The notes: a model not told the origin generated them from the letters alone. A stretch of DNA of 64,000 nt from Octopus sinensis (GCF_006345805.1 NC_043009.1:38502001-38566000), one strand, 5' to 3'. Numbered from the stretch's first letter, positions 49,273 to 63,142 are shown. Numbers and translations: made by a program.

Positions 49273-52187
49273 CGACAGACCATTAAGCTATTATATACTG
49301 GAAGAGACAAGACGACCAGCCTACAAAACTGGTCTTGCGTTTAAGGAAGGAATTCTATTATGTAAGCTGCTAGATATAAAACTTGTGTATATCTGTGAAA
49401 AAAGAAAAAAGACGAAAGTTTCCTTTTTGAGGTTATTAGAATATTTTGCTGGCATCAAAATAATATCTTTCACAGATATATGATATTGTATAACAGGAAC
49501 CGCAACTGGAGTGGCAAAACTAACAATAACAAAGTTAACGCTTCAGAATAATTTCATATTTCGTAATGTTTGGGAGCAGGATACATATAACAGAAAATAT
49601 CTAGAAAGTTCTTTAAATGGTTTTCTTAAGTTTGAATGTTGCTCCTATAATGGATTCTCCATGAAGGCCTTATTCTTTGAAAGCTGTCGAGCAAAAAAGC
49701 AAGATAGAATTAAGAAAACTCTTCACTGATCCCAAACTGTAATCGTGTATTTACTCAGCATGACGTCATCGCTATGGCGGTTGAGTGATATTTAATGACA
49801 GAACCGGCTGATTACAAGATCAACCTGAATATTCCCGACTCCCATGTATTCTAATGCTGACTGTTTATCAGTTACATGTACTAAACAGTGGCCTTCGAAA
49901 TTACCTCCTGGAAAGAAGAAAAATAAACAGCGAAAGAGAATTTTCTGCCTTTTCATTTCACAGCAAGTAGAATGTAATAGGTTAGTGAAAGAAGCCAAAC
50001 ATTAAGAGCGGCTTTCTAGCCGTTACGAGACTGGAATAACGCATAAAGAATTCTACTTGTAAGTAAGCGTTGCAGGATTCTAAACTGTAGGGCGCCAAAG
50101 TGACTTTTATTCAATTGAAAGATACATTTAGGTAAGGCAGTTTGGCTAATGCATAGATGTATAATGACTTCGTAATGGGAAGAAATTTAATGAAATTGCT
50201 AAAAGAACACGGAACAGTAATGAGAACTCACGTATTAAATAAAAGTAAAATAGAATAAAATAAAATATACTGCATAAGAAAAGCATGTCTTTCTTTTAAA
50301 TACGTGTTGATATGTCTGTTTCTTCCGTAATAGAAAATGGCTGCTCTGAATCTTTTGTGCGAATATGATGTAAATGTAATATATTTGTCCGTTCTATCGT
50401 TGAAACCAATGTTTTAGCTACATTGAAAAAGCAATATAGCTTGCAGACACTATGCAAATTGCTGTTCATTTATATCTTAAGCATAAGATCAGAAAATTAA
50501 GCTAGGACGAATAAAAGTATTTTGACGTCAATACTTTACTCCAAGACATTAGCGGTGTAAAAGAAATAAAACGGTTTCAAGCTAGAATTGAGCCCAGCAA
50601 TAAATTGTCCATGATATTGTAAACATAACAGCAATGATATATTTTTTTTACTAGATATACTGGGAAGCGTATGCGCATGGCATACAGGTTGACGTGAAGG
50701 CACGTTGCTTAGTGGTTAAAGTCGTGGTTTCAGTTTCTGGATTGACTTATCCTGATATGTTCTTAAACAAGGTATTTCATCTTAATTTGCCCCAGTTCAC
50801 ATGGTTGAAATTGAGTTCCAGCGGGTGAATTCTATAACAGACTGGCGTTTTATTCTGTAAGGTGTCTTGAACCTTCACTCTCAAGAAAACTGAAGTAAGC
50901 CCCGGCTTAATGGGTGTGTAGACTCGAAACAGACTTTAGCTTTAGGTAAAAATATCCTCTTTTTGTGGAAGAGACAATCTAGCTCTAGAATTTATTACAA
51001 TAGTGATATTGTAGAAAATTTTTAATAATATTGATTTTTGGTGACCTGTTATGGTACTCTTATACAGAACTGAATTTCGTTAAGCGATGAATTAACATTT
51101 ATGTTAGGCAACAGAACTTTGATTTCGCTTTGTAGATATAAGAATAGGACATTGGAACAATCATGACCTCCTAAAAAGTATTACAAATACAAGTCAATTC
51201 CGCTACCATCATCATCATCATCATCATCGTCGTCGTCGTCGTCGTCATCATCATCATCATCATCATCGTTATCATCATCATCATCGTCATCGCCATCAAC
51301 ATCACCTCCACCAGCACCATCATTCTAGGTAAAAATTGTACTTGTGTCCGACACGATGATGGTTGTGTTAGTTATTCCGTCCCATCACTAGTGTCCTAAA
51401 TTCATCAGCTGTTGTGGCACCACTGTCTTAAGACTCTTGTCCAAGATTTTGAAAGGAAACTCATTGTTCTTGATTCTGGCAGTCGTAGAAAGTGACTGAC
51501 TAGTTATAACTGTCTTCCTGATATGTTGGTCAACAGAAAAGTCACCGTCATAGAGTTGTTCATATGTCACTAATTGTTGGTCAGCTGGGAGAACTCAGTC
51601 ACAGATTTATTAAAAAGGATCACTTTTTGGCATTTTAGTGGACAAGTCGTCCAGAGTACCAACCTTACATACATCAACACGATGACACAAAATATTTGAG
51701 CTGCAGACTACTGTTTTACAAAATGGCATTTTTGTCCATTTCATCATTGTTATGGTTCTGGACGATGCTAACCTGCAAGAAGTATGGAATCACAAACAGC
51801 TGGGTTTGATCATTACACCATGGAAATTCAACAGGGTCGGTTCGATGACAACGGATCTGGAAATTAACCTCAATATCGCTCTGCCATCGGGGCGGTCATT
51901 TACAATAATCAGGACCTACCAAGAGTAGATACTGGGTTGAAAATACCGGGCCGATAGAAAGGAAATTACTTTCACTTAACTTACACAAATATAGGTCTTG
52001 GGAAAGTCAGGACTTTCCACTTCCTGCTGTTTTAATTCTCTACTCTGATTTTCGAAGTATACGTTTGGAAAATAAGAAATTAGAAAACAAAACTGTGGGA
52101 AAAAGAAGCGACACCAATAATTATTTTAATGAATATTTTTATAGAATTACCAAATTTTGCCTGGTAGTTTACAGCTGTCATGTTTCC

Positions 52188-52219
<32 letters not shown>

Positions 52220-53959
52220 ACACACACACACACAGACACACACAGACACACACATACACACACACACACACACACATACACACACACGTACTCACACACA
52301 AACACATATGGCTAAGCCGAGTCATCATCGTTGTCATATATATGTATGCGTATGTGTGTGTGTATAATTCTAGTTCACTGTTTTTCCTAATCAATTTTTT
52401 TTATAACGTTGAAAGAATCCAGAATATGTCACTGCGAACATAACACACAACATATTGCTAAGTGCTCTGAAAAGAGTGTAAAACATGATTAGAAAGAATA
52501 AAATATTTTGCAAAGAGTAGCTAACATATTATTTATTGGATCATTACGTTCCTGTTCCAGAATACTATATCAATGTAACGTGTGCTTTTAGCTTATTAAC
52601 TCCAAAAGAAGTCGCTTCATCCTCGCAAATAAAGGCTTATTTTATAGCCGTTTTCTTTTTTACTGTTTTCTGATGTTGTCAAATCAAATGTAAAATCCTT
52701 TTCTATTTGACTAAATTACACACCATTTATATACTTTGCACACGCATTATAATTTTTTTGTGTTCACAAATGAGTTATTGATGCTCAAAAGACAGATATG
52801 TTTTATGTCAGCCATTTTAGTATTTTTCAAGCAGCTACCGGGCATTTGTATTTTATTTCTCTCCTCACTCATAAATTCTCCACACATCGTTTACCTATCG
52901 TTGAAAGTAATAATCAGCTTCAGTGAGACACACGACACATCGTTCCAATTTACGTCATTCAAAATTTCTCTGAATCTTTTTTTTAACGTTTTATTTTGAA
53001 GAAAAATGCATCTTCTAAAACATCCTATACAATTATTTAGTCTTTCAATTTAAGAACAAAAAAAGCAGTCTATGAATTATTTCAAATAATGTTCAGATTT
53101 TCAAGTGTTTTTCATGCCTACATATTTTGATTAATAAATAATTCACTTGGAATATGAAAGAAACGAAGCTAAATTTCGCTAAAACAGCACGTCTTTGTTA
53201 ACGTAAAAATAAATAAATATAAAACATTCTGTTTGGATTAAGTTTAGAAACCTTCAGTTTCATAGCATCTGAGAAACAAATAAATTATCACAGTTATTTT
53301 ATTGTTTAGCTCATCGATTTGTAGTTTTTATTTGATCAAATATTTTTCCTGCATTGCCTCTGGCTGTAACGTAGATCCTCCCTCTACAGCGTTACATCTG
53401 CTTCATATCAAGTGACGATAACCCTACAAAACTGTCATAGATTTGTTCACAAAACCCTAATATAAATTGTTCTGCACAAAAGAAATACTTTCATTATAAA
53501 ATGCGCAGCATCTCTTCCTGCAATCACTATGGCGGTTCTTCGTTCTGAGTTTAAAGATCTTGCATTGGTCTGTTTGGTTAACAGAGTTAATGGGTTTTAT
53601 CACCATTTAACATCACGAATTCGTTCTATAGTGTTTTTAACGGAGTCAGGTCATTTGCAATTATTCAAGTCCGGTCTCATGTTTGAAGTTACTTCCTTCT
53701 CCGACTTTCGCCAGTCTCGTCTTCCCTGTAAAAGGATCATGGACATTGCTCTCTTTCGATAAAAAAAATAATTGGGAGTACCGTATCAGTTAAACCTAAG
53801 ATCCCCTTCGACCTGTGTAACTTTCCACTTATTTCGGATGTTATTCATGTGTCAGTGTTCAGTAAACGCATTGGTGGGAAATAAACGAGTAAAACACCAA
53901 AAATAAGAAAGGAGTCAGGCAAGGCTGTGTTTTAGCTTTTAGTTAATTTAATCTACCCA

Positions 53960-54330
53960 CTGAGAAAACTTTCTGGGAAATAGAAGATATATCAAGAGCT
54001 TCAATAGGATGTATGTATATCAACAACTTTAGGTATACCGGCGATTTTGCCTCATTAGATTTCCACCGAGCTGACTTAGGGAATTGTGTAACTGCAGCAA
54101 ATGACGAATGAATATTCTGTAGAATAGAAGTGAATGTAAAGAATACAAAATCAATGGTAATTAGTAAGAAACAGAAGTTACCAAAAATAAATCTTACATT
54201 TGAAGAGAAACCAATTCGACAGACACCAAACATAATATATACGGGATATATGTAATTAGAAAACGGAAAATGGTCAGAATTAAAATACAATGACTGTATA
54301 AAGCCAGTGCAAGAAAGACTGGAGCAAGAA
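53960..54330 (+). mobile_element. RTE-clade LINE reverse-transcriptase fragment
   Basis: Plus frame IGCMYINNFRYTGD..IEVNVKNTKSMVISKK..IIYTG parallels INNLRYADD..INVKKTKSMVI..FIYLG. Confidence 0.6.
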
Positions 54331-56765
54331 TAGCGATCTTTGCTAATAGACCTGTTTAAAAGGGACGGTGCCAATGAAGATGAATAGTGTTAAAAAATCG
54401 ATTGATAAATGATCTTCTTTGATCAAAAGTCATTAGTAAGTAGTTTGGAATATAAAAACCTTTCGATTTCAGATTTTACAAAAACCGACATTACACTATG
54501 AAATTTTAAAATAATAATCTTTTAACCTTTCTTTACAGAGCAGGCAACTAACAGAGGAGAACAATACTCTTTCTCCTCGACCAAAAGTTAAATATAAAAT
54601 AAAATGCACCAAAATAAAATAAAGCCAAATCATTTTCTACAAATACTTCAATATCATTTGATATTATTTAAAGACTATCTTTCATGTGGTTGTGTTTTAT
54701 TTTTGTCATTCTTTTCTCTGCTGTTACTATAAACCAATTCAAAACAGTCTACCACGGAATTCTTCTATAAACAAAGATGAAAAGTGAGCTCAACGGAGAG
54801 CAGGCGAAAGTTACACAACTATTTTGTCTGTAAGTTTCGACAAGATATATATCTTTCAGTGGTAAAAGTACAAGTAAAAGCAATTATCGTTGAATTGTCA
54901 CATATGTACAGGCACACGTACACATGCATAAACACACACATCCAGACATACACACATACACACTCACATACTCAAACCTCCTCTCTCTCTATCTCTCTCC
55001 CTATCTCTCTCTCTCTCTCTCACACACACACAGAGGCACACACATATACACACTCACACAAGCAAAATACTTATTTTATATCTACACACGAACTCTCACA
55101 TACATACACACACACACAGAAACGCACAAAGACAAACACACACACTTATATTCCTATTCATACACAGACAGACTAGTATATATACACAAACAGACACATT
55201 CCCGCAGAAACACTCATACACAGACAAACGCAATAACACAGGCACACTGAACAATACACTCATACACAGGCATACACACTCATACTTACAGTTAGACACA
55301 CACACACTGAAAAATACGTATAGTCATATAGAATGACACTACACCAACGTAAGGAAGCTGTGTCGTCTTTTAATTGTATTTGTTTATTTATATAACATAA
55401 AATCTACTTAGTTTCCACGCAGGGTAGGATGTTTCTGTTAGAGAGCTGTTACCGAATGCAAGAAAAACATCTACATTCTATAATAAAACTTTAACAAAGA
55501 AAATAATAAATTTTATAATTAGTTGAAAAATATTTTAGGAATTTTGTTAAAACAGGCTTTTGATACCTACGCGATATCGACTGGAAAAAGGAACGATGAC
55601 AAAAATAAAATATAAATAAATAAATAAATAAACCTCCACAAAACTATTGGAATCGTTCAACTGCCTCCTCCGCTACTTGAAGTAAACTTAAAGGAAAATA
55701 TAAAGAAATTTAAAGCTATTTCGAGTTCGGTTTCAAAGTATATCACAGATCGATAGCGAGCGAGTTCACTTAAATAGATATTGAACCTGCAGGGCTTTAA
55801 TTATCAACCATAATTTTAGGTTTAATTTTATCAATGATTAATTAAAAATAGAAATGAAAGCAACTGTTCACTAGTACTTTGCAAAATATCTTTTATTCCC
55901 AAATTATTTGTGAATAGAAGATGAAATGGCTGTGTTATATGAAAGATATAAAAAGACAACTAAGCTAAAATTGATTGTACCAGCTGTGAGCTAATCATAA
56001 TTAATTACATTTTCTAAATTGTAGAACGGACGAAAGTATGTGAGTGGGTGGTTGGGTGATGGAGGAAGAATTGTATAACATTATCGAATGAAAATAATTT
56101 GGTAGCGAAGTGATTAGAATCTTCAATAACACGTTGATTGGACCTCGAATTAGACGAGTGGCATTCAGTAAAAAGAATCTGTTGTTTTCAAGAAAACAAC
56201 GGTGATAAATTTGTTTTGTATACAAGACATAAATGTATCGTTGGTAAAGAATAAGAAGAAAAGCGATATCATTGATGACATCATTAGTTTCTCTTTGCCT
56301 TATCAGGTTTCACATCCGGCGCAGAGGGCGTTTCCTTGATTAAGAATTTATCGTGTGTTTTTCAGACAATTTTGAAGTAAGAAATAATTTTTGTTTGTCG
56401 AATATTATAAATTAACGTATTATTTATTAATGAATATAATATTTTAGTTTACGGAATTGCTAAACTTAAGAAAATAATTGAAAACTTACAACCTTATGAG
56501 ATTATAATGAAATATTAAGCAGTAAAATGAATTTTATCTGACACCTAGATAGCCTTATAGTAAAATTTTATTTATATATCATAAGCAAATATAACAAAAT
56601 AAAGCTTAAGTGTTATATAACTATTTGAGTGCAATTTTAGTCTGCTATGTATACGAAAATATTGGTTCTGATATTATTAAGCCTTAAAGTTAGTGTGCCG
56701 CTCACATTTGATTTTTGATGAACAGTTTCCCCAGTGAAAAACATTAGCAAAAATAATTTCATATG

Positions 56766-57330
56766 TATTGTGTTGTCCGGAAAGTTCATGCCGATTTTTA
56801 AAGGAAAGAAAAAGGTCAATAAATACTTGCCATTACATTTTTAATCAACGAAATATGAACCATTTTGTTGCACAATGCGTCTCCATCTTTCCTTTAACTT
56901 GAAAATACCCTCTTCCCACAATTGAGGTGGTTTCATGGGAAAGAATTCATCAGATTATCTTTTTATGTCATCCAAGGAATTGAAATTTTTACCATTAAGA
57001 CTATTCTGCAGAGACCTGAATAAGTGGAAATCTGATAGAGCAATATCTGGTGAATATGGAGAGTGGGGTAACACATCCCAAATGAGCTGCACCAATTTTT
57101 ATCTGGTTCCCAAAGCATCAAGTGCCGAAAATGAACTTTCTTATCTTCCAGTTTAAAGGGTTACAGAATTAACACAGGTTATACGAACATAAATCTTCTT
57201 CCACGAAAAGATAGCTTAAACTGTGCTCTAAATGGAGGTGTAGTCAAATCCTATTTTATGAACACAACCATGTTCTAAAATTAATCGAAAGTTAAGCTAC
57301 TATAAATCGGCACGAACTTTCCGGACAATT
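56766..57330 (-). mobile_element. Internally deleted mariner element with both TIRs
   Basis: TIRs TTGTCCGGAAAGTTCATGCCGATTT / AAATCGGCACGAACTTTCCGGACAA; coding remnants EDKKVHFRHLMLW and VLPHSPYSPDIALSDFHLFRSLQN..WRRIVQQNGSYFVD. Confidence 0.85.
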
Positions 57331-57366
57331 TGTGTTTTTGACTATATTGATTAATTGTTGAGGAAT

Positions 57367-57400
<34 letters not shown>

Positions 57401-57679
57401 TCTCCCAGCACCGCTTGACAAATGGTGCTGGTGTGTTTACGCTTCCGTAACGTAGAGACTCGTCATAAGAACCGATAGTATAATTTTAAAAACAAATAAG
57501 TACTGGAGTCTGTTCATTCGATTAAAAGTTCTTTAAGGTGGTGCCCCACCATGGACGCAATCGTAATGACTGAAACTAGTAAAAGATAAAAGATAAAAAG
57601 TATATACACGCATATATATGTATGCATACATAGATATGCATACATCATATGTCTGGTTATATTCACAGAGATATATGTA

Positions 57680-57712
<33 letters not shown>

Positions 57713-58261
57713 ATGTACGTGTGTGAGTAGAAGGATTGCCTGATTGTGTTTTCTATACCTCATTGAAATACCAAATAAAAATTGTGTTGACCAATGTATG
57801 TTAACTGGCGAGGAAGCTAGTGAAGTGATGGAAAAGTAAGACTGTATTGTATTTTACTGCTTCAAACGACGGAGTATTATGTCAAACTCTGTATGATAAA
57901 TATTCAATTATAAAGATAAATCAAATATTTCGCTGCCAAAGTCAATGCCACCAAAATCTGATAAAATTCCACAAATTAAGAGGAGATAATATGAGTGGGA
58001 AAGATAAAGCAATAAGACATTCCTTTGAGAATTCGTTGAAGAAATCATTCCTTGATTTCTAAAAATAGAAAAAAAGTGTGATTTCTGCTATTGGCCTGTT
58101 GGTGCAAGACTTGCTGAATCTGACTTAGTACATGATTAATTTTTAGTTTTGTTAGACTTCTGGGAGGACATAATAAAAACTCGACCCTGGCAATTTAAAA
58201 TTACAACGTTGGTGACGAAAATAAATGTCATTTAGCATTTATTTCGTCCGAACGTTCAGAG

Positions 58262-58459
58262 GTATCTAATAATAATAATAATAATAATAACAATCCTTGC
58301 TTCTAAAGGCACAAGGCCTGAGATTTGTAGGAAGGAGACTAGTCGATTACATCGACCTCAGTGTTTCATTGGTATTTAATTTATCGACCCCGAAAGGTTG
58401 AAAGGCAAAGTCGACCTCGGTGGAATTTGAGCTCAGAACGTAGCGACGGGCAAAATACC
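58262..58459 (-). mobile_element. Headless SINE body and tail abutting the Tx1 LINE
   Basis: Minus strand starts GGTATTTTGCCCGTCGCTACGTTCTGAG, the same body start as the 4589-5148 units; (ATT)n tail. Confidence 0.75.
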
Positions 58460-60725
58460 GTTTATCACGTCCTCCCGGTACTTGTCCACCTGGAGGTCCG
58501 GACCAAACCAGACTCCAAGCAATTTAACGGATCCTTCTGTCCAGCGCCATACAATGCTGTCGGTTGGCATGGACCGGCCTTTACAGATGCCGAGCTGCAG
58601 GCCCACCGACTTGTCCTGCTGAATTTTTGCTTCTGTCACCGCTTCGTACTCATTTAAGGCAGCGTCGATCAGCTCGATTTCCGAGTTGTCCGACAGTATT
58701 ACGTCGTCCGCATATGCTGAAACGAACCTTCCGCATCCTAAATCATGCGAGATACTGCTCGAAATATCCAACATCTTTAATAATGGCTTGAGAGCCAGCA
58801 CGTATATATGGGGAGAGAGTGGGCATCCTTGACGGACGGAACGAACGATACTAAACGATTCCGATAGGTAGCAGTTTACTTTACCACCAAACATATGTCG
58901 CTGTACATTGCAGTGATCCAGCCTCTGAAAACGGGACCGGAAACGGCCGCCACGAAGACAGCCTCCAAGTATTAATGGTCAACATTGTCAAAAGCTTTCG
59001 ATTGATCCAAATTCATCAGGGCCCCACTCATGCCAGGTTCCTTCCCTACCCTCTCCGTGATGTAGTACATGAGGTGGTGTTTGTCATGGATAGATCTTTG
59101 TGGGATAGCGCATGTCAGCACATCGTCGACCAGCTTACCGACAACAAGTGCCAACCTCTTGGCTAACACCTTGGCCAAAATCTTATAATCTGCGTTCAGC
59201 GTGTGACTTCTGTCCACTCAATTCTGTCGGTCTCTCCGCACGACATATCTGAGTAGTCAGAGTCGGGAAGGGGTAGTTCCAATGGTTCGAAATTTGCTGA
59301 AGCTTTTTGTTCCTCCAGCAAGAGCTGCGTTGTTGGTACTTTTGTAGGCCCTGTGGTGGTGGCTGTGGTCAGCACCTCTGTTGTTATTGGCGTTATTGAC
59401 TCTCGTGTATTTGGTGGTAATGGTTGTGGTGTTTTTACTGGAGCCATCTCTGCTTTCTTTTCTTGGGGTTCTCTTCTCTTGTTGTGGCTGCTTTTGTTGT
59501 TGGATTTGCTTCTGTAGTTGGAGGTTGCTTCAGTTGTTGTGGTGTGGATGGTGCTTGTATCAAGGGAGTAATGCCCTCCTTCTGTTTTACTTGAAGGCAG
59601 AAGGCATTCAGGTGACTATTCTGTCCACACTGATAACATTTCGACCTTCTGCCCTCAACTGTAATGTTCAGCATAGTACCATCTGAAAGGATGAGTTGGT
59701 CAGGAATTTTTTTCAAAGCGTTTTGGTTTATTTGGACCATTATTTGCAATTCCTGACCAGTCCAGTTGTTTCTTTTTTTCTCCTTGTTTCTCGACTTGGA
59801 TGATTCTGATTTTATCTTCCAAGTCGAGGAAGACGGCTGCGAAAATCCATCAAGCGTTCATTTCTGGTGGTATCTCCAGTATCTACGCGACGCGACGTCC
59901 CAGGTATGTTGGAACGAGGACAAGTTCACTGGTTCTTAGCTTGGTTGTTGAGTGCTGTTTCGCTACGTCTTCTGTAGCAAATCTGACTTCAGTTGTGCCA
60001 TATTTCTAAGCCCTCGATAGATATGTTACGTCTTTCCAAATCGGTTGCCAGCATTTTTCAACCGCTTGTTTTGTGAGTTTCTAAACGTCTGTTTTTTAAA
60101 GATATAGTCTTGTACACTTTGGTACGTTTGTTTGTATTGTGTTTAATATCTAGAGGTGTGTTTATCGAAACGCATCATTCGCTTATTCTTTTTAACATTT
60201 TTCTGTAGTCTTTGAGAGATTCTACAGAAATATTAATGAATTCATTTCTAGGTTTTACCATTGAAGCAAAACCTCGGCTGTTTAATGCATTGGGTTGTTG
60301 TTGTTGTTGTTGAGTGTTCAATCTGTTAGTGTTGGTGGGGGTAGTGGGAGGGTTTGGATTCACAGGGGTTGCGACATTACCAGCATCCAGTAGTTGAATT
60401 TCTTTGCTCGTTTCCTCTTCTTTCCTGCGTTTCTCTTCCTCCTTTTCGTTCTGTTGTTCAGCATTGCACATGCTAGAAAGACTGTAATCGTTCCTCCCTC
60501 TGCCTTTTAAGGCGCGGAGTGGGCGGAGACAATTAATTTTAAAACATTTTTGGCTGTCTTCCGACAACAGAGGTGGGGATATCCAAAAGAAAGAAAGAGC
60601 TGACACTCTTCTCCAAGGACATTTTCATAAATTTTTAAAATTGAAAAATGAAAAAATTGAGAATTTAAGTTGAAAATTCGTCCCAATTGGGGAAAAGTCC
60701 CGCTTAACCACTCAGCTACAGCAAT
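58460..60725 (-). mobile_element. Tx1/L1-clade LINE relic: ORF1 plus partial RT, endonuclease deleted, 3' end missing
   Basis: ORF1: KYGTTEVRF..PTYLGRRV..VEGRRSKCYQCGQNSHLNAFC; RT: LNADYKILAKVLA, LDQSKAFDNVDH, RSVRQGCPLSP, AYADDV, LLGVWFG. The 5' boundary is approximate. Confidence 0.85.
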
Positions 60726-60770
60726 AAACATTTCGCCCGACGTGCTAACGTTTCTGCCAGCTCGCCGCCT

Positions 60771-60771
<1 letters not shown>
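60726..60771 (-). mobile_element. Isolated SINE head upstream of the Tx1 LINE
   Basis: rc = AAGGCGGCGAGCTGGCAGAAACGTTAGCACGTCGGGCGAAATGTTT, same head as at ~5108-5148. Confidence 0.75.
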
Positions 60772-60802
<31 letters not shown>

Positions 60803-61285
60803 ATAATAATAATAATAATATTTCTACCAATAATAACTGCTTCAAAATTTTGGCACAAGGCCAGCAATTTTAGGGAAAAGGGTAGACTATTGTATGAATC
60901 CAGGTAACTGATTGTTTATTATGTTACCAAAAATTTATTTTATGAAAAGCAAAGTTCACATCGCCAATCCGTCAAAATCGCACAACCAATCGGCAATTGC
61001 ATGCAGAAGCTTCAACTAGCGGGTGATAGGAAACAGATGAATGAAAAATTAAATCCATAATTAAACATGTATTATTAGCAGCTGTCTTTAATAACAAAAA
61101 TACCAACACAGAGTGGTTATATATAAATACTTTAACGAACCTTTCACACACTAAACCATTGAAAATCATTCATTTAGTATAACTCTAAAAAAACATACGA
61201 TGTTTGGTACTAAAACACACAAGAAAATTCAATTAGTTTTAGTTTCATCGTTCATTAAAGACTCGCTTTCCTGAAAATCTGTCGT

Positions 61286-61807
61286 CGCCCTTTTCAAGCC
61301 TAGCCAGGCTCATGGGCCCGGTTTCCCGGTTTCTGTGGCGTATGAGTTTCCCCCCAGCTGGATGGGACGCCAGTCCCACACAGCGTTACTCAAGAAACAG
61401 AAAGAGAGAGTGAGAGAAAGTTGTGGGGAAAGAGTACAACAGGAATCACCACCATCTTTTAGGTGTTGTCGCTCAATAAACACACACAGTACCCGGTCTG
61501 GGAACCGAAACCGCGATCCTCCGATCGCGATCCCGCTGCCCTAACCACTGGGCGATTGCGCCTCCACAAAATAAACGAGCCCTTTTTAAAGCCTAGCCAG
61601 GCTCATGAGCCCGGTTTCTATGGCGTATGTCTTCCCTAGCTGGACGGGACGCCAGCGTTACTCATTTTTGCCAGCTGAGTGGAGTGGAACAACGTGAAAT
61701 GAAGTGTTTTGCTCAAGAACACAACGCGTCGCCCGATCCAGGAATCGAAACCACAATCTTACGATCATGGCGCTGACACCCTAACCGGTAAGCCACGCGC
61801 CTCCACT
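61286..61807 (-). mobile_element. Two adjacent SINEs sharing the 6843-7106 family tail
   Basis: AAGCCTAGCCAGGCTCATG repeated at ~61296 and ~61589; the two copies have different tRNA-like heads. Confidence 0.75.
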
Positions 61808-62090
61808 GAAATTCTAACTAAATTCTAACTACGGAATTTTTGAAGCGACTCTGTGTTGATACTGTAGGTATTAATTCCACGTAGTCAACTTTGTATCATT
61901 ATGAAAATTTCGTAACGTTTGAAGTAGTTTGTTTATACTATCAACAAGAAACTACAGGTTTATTGAACATATTCTAGATAACTTCTGCTCATGTTTACGT
62001 AATCAGATAGCGAACTGTATGTAGTCTCTTGGTAAATTGTAGATGCATCACTCCAGTCCCGTCATGTGGTGTGTTGTTCAGATTCTAAGA

Positions 62091-62124
<34 letters not shown>

Positions 62125-62273
62125 AGATGAGTGTATTTTTACCTTGTTAACAATTAACACGGAAAAAATAAATAAATAGTTACCAGGGTAGCAAACATCT
62201 TACAAGTAAAGATGTTGTAACTCCTTGTTTATAAAGGTAGAAACTTCGTGTTTACATGGAATATTTTGAATAA

Positions 62274-62812
62274 TATATGAATACATAAATGGAGTTTAAC
62301 GCAGGTGTAAATCAAATATTTTTACTTTCGACACATGTTTCGAAAATTCCACTGATACTATTCAAAAGAATAAATGGTATAAACAATGCAATCTTCTCCT
62401 CAGGAAAGTGAAAAAAGCGAAACTCGTCAATAAGACATTTTAGCAAAAAATGATGAATTTGTATAGCGATAGACAGAACGCTATTAATATTGTTTAAAAA
62501 AATGTTATATGATATAACGTCATAAGTAGCTAACAGAAAGAGTAGGGATACCAATAGTGAATGTTAAATATAAAGGAAATTAAAGTTTAAATTATATATA
62601 ATGATAGAGATTACTTATATGCACTACATGTATGTTTTTGCCAATGCTTACATCTGTATGCACGCTCTATAACCGTGTTTTTTCACTTTCCTCAGGAGAA
62701 GATTGCATTGTTTATACCATTTATTCTTTTGAATAGTATCAGTGGAATTTTCGAAACATGTGTCGAAAGTAAAAATATTTGATTTACACCTGCGTTACAC
62801 TCCATTTATTTA

Positions 62813-62821
<9 letters not shown>
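62274..62821. mobile_element. MITE-like inverted repeat (~143-bp arms, ~260-bp spacer)
   Basis: 62274-62416 is the reverse complement of 62678-62821 with about 3 mismatches; right end abuts (TA)n. Confidence 0.7.
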
Positions 62822-62888
<67 letters not shown>

Positions 62889-63142
62889 TATTAGTGAATT
62901 GAAGAAATGGAGTTGAACGAAGATTGAACAGAAATCGTTTTATTTCATTCTGTTCAATCTTCGTTCCACTCCATTTCTTCAATTCACTAATAATATTAAA
63001 ATTCAATTATCCGCACCAACGCACGGTTGCAACACCATATGGTTGTACCTCCAACCGTGCTGTCTTCTGCTGTGATTTTTGCTACCAAGGTATCGGTTAA
63101 ACTTTTGATTAATCTGCAACAAGATTATTCATGTTTCTATTT

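Noticed and set aside
51207-51320. Poly-His/Arg coding stretch
   Set aside because: (ATC)n/(GTC)n microsatellite with no flanking coding evidence.
53943-54374. 143-aa minus-strand ORF with splice-like signals
   Set aside because: The plus strand matches RTE RT motifs, so this is an antisense shadow.
58994-59023. CTGATGA..GAAA on the minus strand
   Set aside because: Coincides with RT codons ALMNLDQSKA; no stem II, III or I pairing.
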